Assembly: GCF_006345805.1 (NCBI RefSeq)
Contig: NC_043004.1
Coordinates: 102,114,001 to 102,178,000 of the forward strand
Length of the DNA: 64,000 bases
Reading direction: 5' to 3'
Origin: Octopus sinensis
Lineage: Eukaryota
In this document: positions 52,428 to 64,000 of the stretch, piece by piece
How positions within the stretch are numbered: the stretch's first letter is position 1
Layout of the letters: every line of letters begins with the position of its first letter
The notes under the pieces: generated by a model
Database searches by the model: none
The model's input: the letters and a program-made list of their open reading frames with translations, nothing else
Told to the model about the DNA's origin: nothing
Program-made: the position numbers and the translations under genes

Positions 52428-52807
52428 GGAGTGGCTGTGTGGTAAGTAGCTTGCTTACCAACCACATGGTTCCGGGTTCAGTCCCACTGCGTGGCACCTT
52501 GGGCAAGTGTCTTCTACTATAGCCTCGGGCTGACCAAAGCCTTGTGAGTGGATTTGGTAGACGGAAACTGAAAGAAGCCTGTCGTATATGTATATATATG
52601 TGTTTGTGTGTCTGTGTTTGTCCCCCCAACCTCGCTTGACAACCGATGCTGGTATGTTTACGTCCCCGTTACTTAGCGGTTCGGCAAAATAGACCGATAG
52701 AATAAGTACTAGGCTTACAAAGAATAAGTCCTGGGGTCGATTTGCTCGACTAAAAGGCGGTGCTCCAGCATGGCCGCAGTCAAATGACTGAAACAAGTAA
52801 AAGAGTA
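52428..52807 (+). mobile_element. SINE family A
   Basis: Full-length match. Confidence 0.9.
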
Positions 52808-53052
52808 ACTTGTTTTTTTTTATATAGGAACAACACGCAGCCTAAACAAATATTCAACTACCCATCGATCCGCCAAAGTTACAATATGTTGAATATACAG
52901 AGGTCATCCAAAGTCTGATTCACAAGATTTCGTTATCGCCTTCTGCAAAACATATTCACAATAAACAAAATATAGATGACTGTTCAGGGTGAATTTAACT
53001 CGAGGGTTTTTAAGACGGAAAACTAATATTTGTTTATATATTTCTTTATATA

Positions 53053-53820
53053 CAGGGGCGGACCCAAGGGAGAGCTGAGAGGCACCTGTCCCCCTCAAAA
53101 AAAGAAGTGCGCTCTTCTAAATAATGTTATACGTCCTTTTCTCCCGGAGTGGTATTCCCTTCTGACCGTGTGCTCTCCCTTCATGTGATGCTACAAGTTT
53201 TCCTTCAATTTACCTTATATGTTAACGTATTACCTCCAGTAATAAATCTGTTATGACTTATTACAAACGTCTTGCGAATACCTATTTTCTTGTTATTACG
53301 TACAAGATTGTTACCCCTCTCTCTCTCATGCTTATTAAATTATAAGATGTCATTTAATCGACACTTTCACTATAATTGTAAAGCGATGTACGAGAAATAT
53401 TGGGCCTTATCGCCAGAGAACGGTTAATGAAGGCAAAATATTTACTGCATGATATTAAGCATGAATTTCTTATTAAGCATGGAATCAGACACCAAGGAAG
53501 AAATAGCTCAAAAAAGTATCTCAGAGAGGCTTTTTCGCATTAATTGTGGATGAGACAAAGGATATTTCGAAAATTGATAAGTTCTCATTTGTACTGCGCT
53601 GTTTTTGATAATGTTATCTGTGAAGAATTTACTGGATATCGAGCAGTTTCGGTATATGACACAGAATCATTTCTGCAGTGAACATTGTTGGTGCTGAACT
53701 CTATAAATGCTGACTTCCCGGTATGACGGAGTCTAAGCTCATAAATGAAAAATTAGTTGCTGTTCAAGTGAAGGTGCTTGCTGTTGTCTTATTAGCTGTC
53801 TTTGTTCGCTACCACGCTGA
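53053..53820 (+). mobile_element. hAT element left end plus transposase remnant (DUF4371 class)
   Basis: TIR CAGGGGCGGACCCAAGG; FFALIVDETKDISKIDKFSFVLRC..ICEEFTGY; YDG motif. Confidence 0.75.
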
Positions 53821-54419
53821 CCGACTCAACTAGATAGCAGTTGATTGCATACAATTTTTTTTACTGTAAATGCAATAAATGCAAAGGGAAGATGTTTTGG
53901 CCACACTGTAGCAATTTTCTAGGTTCATGGTCCGCTCAGTCGTGCATTTGTTCTTCAGTTTCAGGCTGTAAAAGGGGAACAGTTAATGAAGTTGAAAGTT
54001 TTGTTCCAAAGTGCATTGGAACAGTCGGCAGGCATCGTGTTATGCTATGCATTGTAAGCTTCCGTTTATTTTGGATACTCTAAAGAAAATGATAGTAATC
54101 ACGTGTAACTAGAACAAAACCATGCAACTAGATTCAGTGGCTTTGTTTGAAAATATGATTTGCTAACTTAGAAGGTGTTACACATTCATATGTATGTGTT
54201 TGCGTATGCCAAACTACATCCCCACTCTTGGCACTATTTGTTAGTGAACAGTACAAACTGTGTGTAAAGTATATAATGTATTACTACGCTGAATGTCGTC
54301 GTCCGTGTAACATGTAAAGAAAATAAACACGTAATAATAACAATGGTTTTCATTTGGTTGTCTATCCCATTAGAACCCAAACTACACACAACAGAAGGAA
54401 ATGTAAAAGGACGCGTGAC

Positions 54420-55330
54420 TTCTTCAATTAAATAAAGTCAAAATATTGCTGTGCAATTTGATGGAGCTACATACGTCAGTAGTAATTCCCAACTGATGAT
54501 GTATGTTCTCTAGAGGCGTTCTGAAAAAGCTATTGAAAAACAGAGGTATTGCTCTGTTTTCCAGTTAAGTCGAAATCTCGTGGAAAAGATGCTTAATTCT
54601 AAGCGCCAAACATTTATCAGAATTTGATGGACTGTAAAAGTGTGCATAACTATGAAACCGCAATAATGGCAGGAAGACTAGCAGACTTCCTCTGAAGTTG
54701 CTGCCTCAGCTATAAGTCAGCCAGCATTGGTAAGTCAAATTAGATTCGCGTAGACATTAATACATTTTTATGGGGACGCTTCTGTTATAGAAATATATTA
54801 GGCCGAGATTTAAGGTGGCGAGCTGGTAGAACCGCTGCCAGGTCGGCAATCCGTCCATCTTTACGTTCTGAGTTCAAATTCTGCCGAGGTCGACTTTATC
54901 TTTTCGGGGTCGATAAAATAAGTACCAGCTGAACACTGGGGACGGTGTAATTGACTTAGCCCCTCCCTCCAAAAATTGCTGACCCTGTGCCTAAATTTGA
55001 AACCAATATATTCAATATTAGGTCAGGATTCTAACCTGGGAAAATCTAAGAACTATGGTTCAAGCCTCAGCCGTCTTCTCATTCCACCAATCATTGGTGA
55101 TGAAGCAGCCAGACCCTGAACGGGAGACTGCCATGAATGGTGTGATCAAGATTATCAATGCTGTCATAAAGCATCCACATAACATGCAACTGCTTCGTGA
55201 TGTATAAGCGGTGGGGAAGCAGTAATCCGGTTGCCTCCTCCACACGCAAATGAAGTGGTTTTTATGAGGAAATGATCTCAATAGAGTTTAGACTCTCACA
55301 ATTGACAACCCAAAGTAAAAACTTCCGATA
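54420..55330 (+). mobile_element. Charlie/Buster-type hAT transposase remnant interrupted by SINE B
   Basis: IAVQFDGATYVSSNSQLMMYV; AMNGVIKIINAV..LLHTQMKW. Confidence 0.65.
54814..55005 (+). mobile_element. SINE family B
   Basis: Head and core match. Confidence 0.8.
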
Positions 55331-55526
55331 CTGATAAATTCATTAATTTCTTTTTGCTAACACATTTCCCATGTTTAGCTGTTATCTTGCGTCATATATC
55401 CGAACATTAAACAAAGAACTGCAAGAGAAAAACCACCAATGTAACTTCCACTATAGCCACTCCCTGGTCGATCAATGCCTCGTGAGTAGCCTTAATAGAC
55501 GGAAACTGTATGGAAGCTCATCGAAT

Positions 55527-55579
<53 letters not shown>

Positions 55580-55787
55580 ACGCCATGTTGAATCGTTAGC
55601 TCCTGCACGCATTTCTCTCCTTGTTTCTCTCCGTGTTTCTTTTCTGTATATCTTTCTGTTGAAGAGCGTAGGCTCGAAACGTAAAAGACTTGTTTTATTT
55701 CTATTCCTGAGCGCCATACTAATACAATTGTTTATTTGTACTCCACCTGCCTTCGTCTTTGGCTTATTTTCGTAAACCTTCCCGTTA
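55580..55787 (+). mobile_element. solo PLE pLTR
   Basis: Matches the reverse complement of 46374-46580. Confidence 0.85.
55651..55688 (+). ncRNA. minimal hammerhead (CUGUUGA core)
   Basis: TCTTT-CTGTTGA-A-GAGC(GTAG)GCTC-GAAA-CG-TA-AAAGA. Confidence 0.7.
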
Positions 55788-55907
55788 TACATACATACAT
55801 ACATACATACATACATACATACATACATACATACATACATGCATACATACATACACATACATACATACATACACATACATACATACATACGCACACACAC
55901 ATATATA

Positions 55908-56082
55908 CAGGGGCGTAGCTAGGGTAAATGGCACCCAGGGCAAACATCAAATTTGGGCCGCCCCACCAACCAAAAATTTTTTTAATGGCTTAATTAGAAA
56001 ATGATCTGGGCCAAAATTGTGCATCCCTGAAAGTGGCGGCCAGGGCATGTTCCCTGCTTGCCTCACCATGGCTACACCCTTG
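55908..56082. mobile_element. hAT-like MITE
   Basis: TIRs CAGGGGCGTAGC..GCTACACCCTTG. Confidence 0.7.
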
Positions 56083-56507
56083 TATGTGTGTGTGTGTGTG
56101 TGTGTTGTCACCTCACCGTTTGATGACCGCTGTTAGTTTGCTTACGTCCTCGAAACTTATTGGTTCGGCAAAAAGGACCGACAGAATACGTACCCGACTT
56201 TAAAAATAAGTACTGGGATCAATTTGTTCCTCTAAACCCTTCAAGTTCTGCTCTCCCGACAGCAGCAAAATGGCTGAAGCAAGTAAAAAAAAAAAGGTAT
56301 ACAATATGAAACAATTTTATGGGCAATGGCATGTTTTTGTCCATCTTGAAGTCTGCGACTAAATGAATGTTACACTTTTACTTGTTTCAGTCATTTTGAC
56401 TGTGGCCATGCTGGAGCACCGCCTTTTAATCGTAGAAATTGACCCTTGGATTTATTCTTTGTAAATCTGGTACTTATTCTAGCGAACTCTCTTGCCGAAC
56501 TGCTAAG

Positions 56508-57106
56508 GGCAAGACCCCACCCGCCTCCAAAACCACACTTTCCTTAATTTTGTTTTTCGACACAAACCCCTCTTTTCGACTACAGGGAATACGAATCTGC
56601 AAAAAAAAAAAATTGGCAAAAATCGGCATTTTTAAATTACCATTTCCCACCCCCATTTCCTTCCTTTATTTTTACTTTTTTCAGAATTTTTTTTCTTCAA
56701 AATATGCGGAAAAACACGGAAATTATGATTCTGAGAATATTTTCCAAAAATTTTTGTAAAATTTTTTTTAAATATGCAGAAAAATACGAATATGATGATT
56801 CGGACCAAAATTTCAAAACATTTCTGTAGTCACGATTAGGGTTAGGGTTAGCGTTTAAGGATTAGGGTTAGGGTTAGCGTTTTAGGATTAGGGTTAGGAT
56901 TTTAGGCTTAGGGTTAGGGTTAATGTTGAGGAAAAAAGTCAAAATTGAAGAATTTGTGGGGAGGAAGGGGGAAAATTTAACAATGCCGATTTTTGGCAAT
57001 TTTCCGGAACCTCCGTATCCGAAAACGGGGGTTTTGGGAAAAAAAAAATTTAATAAACAAATTTGGGAGAAAATGTTTGGGGGCGGGGACGGACGGAAGT
57101 CTTTCC
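56508..57106. mobile_element. diverged fold-back element F3 with a TTAGGG tract, inserted in a SINE A
   Basis: Ends GGCAAGAC..GTCTTTCC; TSD CTGCTAAG/CCGCTCAG (SINE consensus CCGCTAAG); TTAGGG-rich tract 56836-56922; the SINE resumes at 57107. Confidence 0.75.
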
Positions 57107-58305
57107 CCGCTCAGTTACGGGGACGTAAACACACCAAGATCGGTTGTCAAGCGATAGTGGAAGGACAAACAGCGACACAAACACGCAAATGCATAAATTG
57201 CAAGAAATAACTTTTAAGAAGAATGGCTTGCAAGAAATAGCTTTTAAATCACTCTTTAATCACGCTCACCGGTTTAAAAATAAGAAGGACACATTAAATA
57301 ATACAGTCCTAAGTGTCCCTCAAAACGAAAAACAAAAACGTGTTTGCCTGCTGAAATGCTTTTTTATCGTAGATCAGCTTACTTGGTGTTGACCCAGGGT
57401 TAAACGACAGCATCAAGGATTCATAACTTCTTCCTAAATGGTAGAACCTATACCGAAAGTAGTAGCGTAGTGAGGGATGAAGCAGGGAGGGGCAGTCCGC
57501 CACGAGCGACATAAAATAAAATTTAATTTTTCAAAATGAAATTAAATTAACAGTAAGATGGAAAATAATGCTTATTTTTTTTTATACTTCCATTTATATT
57601 TGAAACAAATTTTCTCCAACTTTTTTCTTTATAGCAAAGTCTTTGATCAGATCCTCGCTGTGATACCACGAACACTCCTAAACTATACATCCGCTCATAT
57701 AAACTAGTTCGAACATTATTTTAGTAAGTTTGAAGTGATTTCTTTCTTGCCGTAAACCATTTACCATTTCTGTGGTGCCCCCATTTCCCTTGATGTCCTA
57801 AGCACGTTCTTATTTTGCTTAATGGTAATCCAGCACTGACAGTAAACCAGAGTATACATGTATAAGAATTGGCTCCCTAGATCTGTTAGGTGCCCGGATA
57901 AATCACTGCACTGGCGCCTGTAGTATTTATATATATTGACAGCAAGCCACAGCATACTTAGATCAGAATTTCTCTCCTAAACCCGTAGGGCCCCTGTGTA
58001 AATGCTCAGTGTGTTCGTGCCTTGAGACGGCACTACCTCCACTCCGAAAGGACGAAAGGTAAAATTGATTGCGGTATGATTTGGACGTAGAGGGCAGATG
58101 GTCGGATAGAACAAACAAGGCACGGCATTTTGGCCTGCGCTTTAACGATTCCACCAATTCTTAACAGAACGATTTATGTCATGAAAATCCCTGCCCTTGT
58201 CTCACCACATAAACGCAGAAAGAAAGAAAGAAAATTACGAACGCAAGAAAGAGAACGACACTGGAAAAGGAAGAAAGATTAAAGTGAGCAACGGACAAAA
58301 AATGT

Positions 58306-58366
<61 letters not shown>

Positions 58367-58448
58367 TGAACAACAGCAATTTTTATTTGATTTGATCTTA
58401 GGTCAATCAGATAATAATTGCTGGCTCATCAAACAATTACTCACTGTG

Positions 58449-58456
58449 TGACGTCA
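58449..58456. promoter_or_regulatory. palindromic CRE (TGACGTCA) upstream of the putative first exon
   Basis: Exact consensus ~135 bp before the ATG. Confidence 0.4.
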
Positions 58457-58591
58457 CTGTTCACGTTCCCCACCGTCTCACATTTCCTTCACTCGCATCA
58501 TCACCATCTCCACCACCACCACCACTCAATTTCTCCTAAGTTTTTTTCACTTGTGTTCTTGCTCGGTGTCTGTCTTAGATTAAGAGTCGTT

Positions 58592-58713
58592 ATGAAAGGT
58601 GATGCTGGCGACCACAACATGATTAATTTACTCAGTGATAGTGCCAATGATTCCCAGGAAATCTTGACTTTACCCCCTCTTAAATCGAAAAGATCAAAGT
58701 TGTTTGGTAAAAA
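58592..58713 (+). CDS. putative first coding exon of an unidentified gene (40 aa, phase 2)
   Basis: ATG..MKGDAGDHNMINLLSDSANDSQEILTLPPLKSKRSKLFGK then AA|GTGAGT consensus donor; non-repetitive sequence. Confidence 0.5.
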
Positions 58714-59430
58714 GTGAGTATGCGATTCTAAGAAATATTTCCACATCCTTTACACTCACACACACATAAATGTATATTATCTATATCTATCTATCTATCT
58801 ATATATATATATAATATATATATATATACATATATATATATATGTGTGTGTGTGTAGATTCTATTATTTTCTCGACAAACTTTTCAAAGTTTTTCTTTTG
58901 TTTTGTTTTCAGTATGCGAAAAATCTAAAACTTTTCTTGACCACGATTGCAAAAGGTTGAAATGTGTATTAAGTTATTACGTGTTTCCATATGTATGTGT
59001 GGTACTCAGTATTTATATTTATATTTCCTTCGAAGTTATTATATAGTTTGTATACACGTATTTGTGTTCCTATGTTGGTATATATATACGCACGATGTTT
59101 AACTTTATGTCAACCTTGGTTGTACCGACCTATGATCAAAGCCATTTCAGCCATGACCACTCCGTCTGTATATTTGGTCAATTTATCCTTCTGTTTTCAA
59201 GACGGTAGGAAATGTTTGGGTGGTATTTGGCTGCTATTTCTTGTTTGTCGTGTGGTCGCTTCTGCGTATCGAATTCTATAACTTCACGTGTGTGTCTGTG
59301 AAGTTGTAAAGTTTTATATGTAAAGTTTTATTGCAGGTATAAAATACGTCTACTGAATTTTATGGATGTGCGTGAATTGAATTGGACACGTACATGTATA
59401 ATTGACTCATATGTGTATATATGCACAGTT

Positions 59431-59481
<51 letters not shown>

Positions 59482-59484
<3 letters not shown>

Positions 59485-59607
59485 AAATTTAAAGGACTGA
59501 CCACTAAAAGTGGACGGTCAACATGCTAGATATAGATGTCAAGATTTTGACGTCTATATCTAGCATGTTGACCGTCCACTTTTAGTGGTCAGTCCTTTAA
59601 ATTTTGT
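59482..59607. repeat. 126-bp near-perfect palindrome
   Basis: 61-bp arms with one mismatch and a 4-nt loop. Confidence 0.92.
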
Positions 59608-60844
59608 ATGTAAAAATATTTTAATCTTCGGATTTTTTTAATATGCTAGGTCACTGGTTTTAATTGATTAATATAAATTTCTACCCTTATTAAATTATAT
59701 ATATATATATATAATGTGCACACGTTGTTTGTATGGGTATTAAATTATTGTAATCTCGTCAGAATATATATATGTATATATTGCATAGTTTGTTATGTTT
59801 GTATATTTAATTTTTATCTGTCTTTTTGTCGATGAATAATTTCATTTCCGTCCCTGTACTAAGAAAAAACAAACATGTCATTTAGAAGTAATCTTTTTCC
59901 TGTTTCCCGTTATCTATATTGCTGTTGTTGTTGCTATGGTCTTTAAAATGTTGTCCTATAAAACATTTGAAATATTTGTTCCGCTACTTTCCTACTGATC
60001 TCTTAACCTAACTTGCTTTAGATTCCGGATTATATCTGGATTTATTTTTTGTGTTTAGTTTTTGAGATTTTCATTATTTTTACGTTTGTTTGGGTTTCCT
60101 GTTGTATCCATTTTTCTCTGTTTGTTGAAAATATATTTAGCATTATCGACCTTTCGTTCATTTATAACTTAAAAAATAAATTTTATTACCGTAACTCACA
60201 CACATAAACACACAAGGCGGTATGGTGTGATTTGAGGGAGATTTGGTTGTTATTTCTAGCAATTTGAGCGACCTGCATAGGAAGTTTCCTCGTTGGCTTG
60301 TTCAGTTATTTTGAATGTGTCAACTTTGACACGTTGGCATACATTATCCACGAGTACGCAGTAAAATCCTCCGGTTTTATACTTTTTAGATAAAGAGAAA
60401 AAATTCTTGGATTTATTGGGGTTCACATTCAAAAACGTTGACCAGGACTTTTAAAGATCCCTAAAAATAGTCATTTCATTGTGGTAGGGAGGAGGGTTGA
60501 GGAAGTAAGACGAGGGAGCTTATTTCTTAATTTTGGGTTAATCTTCCTGAAGAGTCGATAACTCCAAAAACTTCATAACTTTTGATTTTATTCTGTGATA
60601 TCTTTCCAGCCCCTGTTGATGAAATATTGTTGCATACACTTTACGTCCTGCCTATAAGTATATATATTTACCTTATAACATAACTGCGATCAAAGGCCTT
60701 TCCATGATGACCATCCCAGCTAACATATTCTTCTTCTTTTATTATTTTTTAAAAATCGATAGCGAACGACTTAAAGGAGATTTCGTTGCTATTTTAAAAA
60801 GTTTGTGGGTTCCCATAGAGGCTCCCTCATTGTATGTCTGTATG

Positions 60845-60985
60845 GAGAAGTGGCTTCCCAACCACATGGTTCCGGGTTCAGTCCCACTGCTTGGCATCAT
60901 GGGCAAGTGTCTTTTTCTATAGCCTCGGCCCGACCAAAGCCTTGTGAGAGGATTTGATGGACGGAAACTGAAAGAAGCCTATCGT
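60845..60985 (+). mobile_element. SINE family A 5' part (diverged)
   Basis: ACCACATGGTTCCGGGTTCAGTCCCACTG. Confidence 0.8.
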
Positions 60986-61221
60986 GTATATATCCTCATT
61001 TAACGTCCGTTTTCTCTGCTGGCATGGGTTAGACAGTTTGACTAGAGATGGTAAGCTGGGGAGCTGCACCAGGTTCCAGTCTGTTTTGACTTGGTTTTTA
61101 CGGTTGGATGCCCTTCCTAACACTTTCATGCGTCACTGACACTGACCACGACCACGATTACACTTAGCTTGACGTGTCTTCCCAAAAACACAGCATATAT
61201 ATATATATATACACACACATA

Positions 61222-61569
61222 GGCGTAGAAGTGGCTGTGTGGTAAGTAGCTTGCTTACGAACCACATGGTTCCAGGTTCAGTCCCACTGCATGGCACTTT
61301 GGGCAAGTGTCTTCTACTATAGCCTCGGGCCAACCAAGGCTTTGTGAGTGGATTTGATAGACGGAAACTGAAAGAAGCCCGTCATATATATGTATGTGTC
61401 TGTTTGTCCCCCCACCATAACATCGCTTGATGCTGGTGTGTTTAACTAGAGCGGTTCAGCAAAAGAGACTGATACAATAAGTACTAGAATAAGTCCTGGG
61501 GTCGATTTGCTCGACTAAAGGTGGTGCTCCAGCATGGCCACGGTCACATGACTGAAACAAGTAAAAGAG
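61222..61569 (+). mobile_element. SINE family A
   Basis: Near full-length match. Confidence 0.85.
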
Positions 61570-62099
61570 ATGTGTATGTGTGTGCCAGCATGGAAAACAG
61601 ATGTTAAAGGATGATGATGATTGAATGGCTATGGGGGTCAAGGAGAACAAAATAGGAATCAAAGGGGTTTATAGGCAAAACATGGCTGAGAACATCTGGT
61701 CTACTGCATTGCTTTGCAACCGGTATGTCGCGACACAATGGTGTGCCATGAGATGATGCTAGATGTGCCACAGTGTAACCTGAATATAATTTTTCCTGCT
61801 ATACTTTTAGTTATGTTTTTAGTTCAGGTGTGCCACCGAATTTTGAAAAGAATATAAGATAAGTGTATCACAAGTGAAAAAGGTTGCTGAGCACTGGTCT
61901 AGTATTTTGTTCCTTTTTTTTTATAAGGCTAGGGTGTGATATGAAGGAAATTTGGCTACTGTTTCTTGCACATTGAGAAACCTTGTAGAAACTTCCTTGA
62001 GATAGATAGGTATTCCAAAAATGTGTTAAAAGGTCTGGATCATGAAATATTTTAAGGAATGAAATCATTAAATCATTACTTCTCAGTAACCACTATTGA

Positions 62100-62450
62100 C
62101 AGGTTTCTCTCTATAAAATGCTCACCATTGGAGTTGGTAATGCTTCCTTCACTCTCTTTGTTCTGTACATTAATGGTTGACTTGTATTCAAATGCAAATG
62201 GCAGTACATTACACTACTCTCATTTTCTGCTTTTGTTCTGAGATCTCATCTACCTTTAGATAGTTGTACACATCTTGCTGCAAGGCCATCACTATCTTAT
62301 CTCATTCAGCTCTGACATTATAGATAACAAAGCACCATCCTCTCTATCCATTTAATAAAATCTAGCTAAATCCTTCTATAAATATTTGGCCTTACAATCT
62401 CAGATAACCATTAACAGTGTTATGAGTAACAGCTTGCGTAATTCAGTTCC
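62100..62450 (+). mobile_element. highly degenerate LINE RT remnant
   Basis: GVGNASFTLFVLYING (GVPQGS..LF.LYIND-like) and KYLALTI. Confidence 0.35.
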
Positions 62451-63067
62451 TAACATTACAAATCTTATTTTTTTCTCTACTTGCACTGTCTACATTTATA
62501 TTTCTTCATAGATTCCTTATCTTCTAGTACAAATTGGAAGTTGGAGCTGTTGCCATAATTCTAAGATAATATGTGTAGGAGAATTTGGCAAACAAGAAAT
62601 ATGTCTACGTTATATAGATTTACAGAAAGCTTAGCCGATGCTGCACTTTCTGTTGTCTTGAAAACAATGAGAAATGTCAAGGCTGAAGAAAACTAAGAAG
62701 GCATATGAAGTCTTTTAAGCCTCATCATATGGGTGAGGTTTAAAAGAGAGAGATAAGCAGCTAGGATTAATGGTCTGAAATGAATTGTTAATAAAAATTA
62801 TAATTTTCAGTAATTCTAAAATCATCTTAGAAGTGATGCTGCTGCCATATAGTCATCATATAGGAGGAACTTGTGTAAGAGAACTAAGCTGTGAGGACAT
62901 CTTGGACATTATGCAAGTTCTTTAACCCTTTGTTCCCTGTGGAGCATAGGCTGTTAATGACTTTTCTCCACTGTTCTCAACCCTGGGCTGTCTTTTGTGG
63001 TTTATCCATCCCTACTTGTGCTCTCTGGAAGAAGGCCCTCCTCTTCCAAGTCTTGTTTGTTTGGATA

Positions 63068-63098
<31 letters not shown>

Positions 63099-63215
63099 TT
63101 TGAAAAAGCAGAATCAAAATGCTACATTCTTAAAATTGGGTACATTTTTTAAATACTTATATAAATACATTAAAAGAAGAATGTTTTGGTTTCGTTTTAC
63201 ATGTTTCGGTTTTTG

Positions 63216-63252
<37 letters not shown>

Positions 63253-63299
63253 ATATCAGATATCAGAAAGCAGAACCAAAATCGAAGTCGATCAACATC

Positions 63300-63704
63300 A
63301 ATGGAAATTGCAGCTGTGATACCAGTGCCGGTGTGACAAGTAAGTGAACCATCCGATCGTGGCCATTGCCAGTGCCGCCCCGACTGGCCTCCGTGCCGGT
63401 GACACGTAAAAAGCACCATCCGTTCGTGGCCGTTGCCAGCCTCGCCTGGCTCCCGTGCCGGTGGCACATAAAAAACACCATCCAATCGTGGCCATTGCCA
63501 GCCTCGCCTGGCCCCCGTGCCGGTGGCACGTAAAAAGCACCCACTTCACTCACGGAGTGGTTGGCGTTAGGAAGGGCATCCAGCTGTAGAAACACTGCCA
63601 GATCAGACTGGGCCTGGTGCAGCCTTCTGGCTTCACAGACCCCAGTTGAACCGTCCAACCCATGCTAGCATGGAAAGCGGACACTAAATGAAAATGATGA
63701 TGAT
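63300..63704 (+). mobile_element. SINE-like family E with a 62-bp internal tandem repeat and (TGA)n tail
   Basis: GGCGTTAGGAAGGGCATCCAGCTGTAGAAAC..CATGCTAGCATGGAAAGCGGAC..TGATGATGA; fragments at 60993-61111 (-) and 61585-61620. Confidence 0.7.
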
Positions 63705-64000
63705 ACATACATACATATATATGGTTGTTATATTTTTTTGATAATATGATATTACAATATTACAATAACCAGTAATGTGTAGTGAATGTATAGGAATATT
63801 ACGATCATGAAATTAGCATTAGCTTTTCTCACTCTTTCTTGCGGAACTCCTAGGAACCTTTTGCAGAACCCTAGGGTTCCAGGGAACCCCGGTTGAGAGA
63901 CGCTGCCATAGATGGTGCTTTAAGTTATGTTTGTAATATTTGTCAGGCCCTGAAACCTTTGAATTTTGAGGTTTTCCTGTTCCATTTTTTGGTGTCTAAT

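Noticed and set aside
60540-60580. CTGAAGAGTCGATAACTC
   Set aside because: No GAAA and no helix I or III.

Overview
This is a 64-kb AT-rich, microsatellite-saturated animal genomic window. The SINE repertoire, simple-repeat density and TTAGGG tracts suggest an octopus-like cephalopod (inference). It is mostly intergenic or intronic, with one 100-N gap at 45080-45179. It holds about 35 SINE copies from at least five families, remnants of mariner, Tc1, maT and hAT DNA transposons, Helitron-like elements, RTE and Tx1-like LINE fragments, and a GIY-YIG Penelope-like element (PLE). The only plausible host gene piece is a first coding exon at 58592-58713 with an upstream CRE. The main unannotated signal is a dense set of about 15 type I hammerhead-ribozyme motifs from several sequence-distinct families. 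One is a complete monomeric hammerhead (7806-7880); most are minimal forms with a palindromic helix III. Two have non-canonical cores: a compensatory G3:C8 swap (18121-18229) and an A6U variant physically linked to the PLE. Also notable are fold-back DNA elements with 8-bp TSDs carrying internal telomeric TTAGGG tracts, and a perfect tRNA-Asn 3' half fused between SINE pieces. Everything was read by eye, and no ribozyme activity has been tested.
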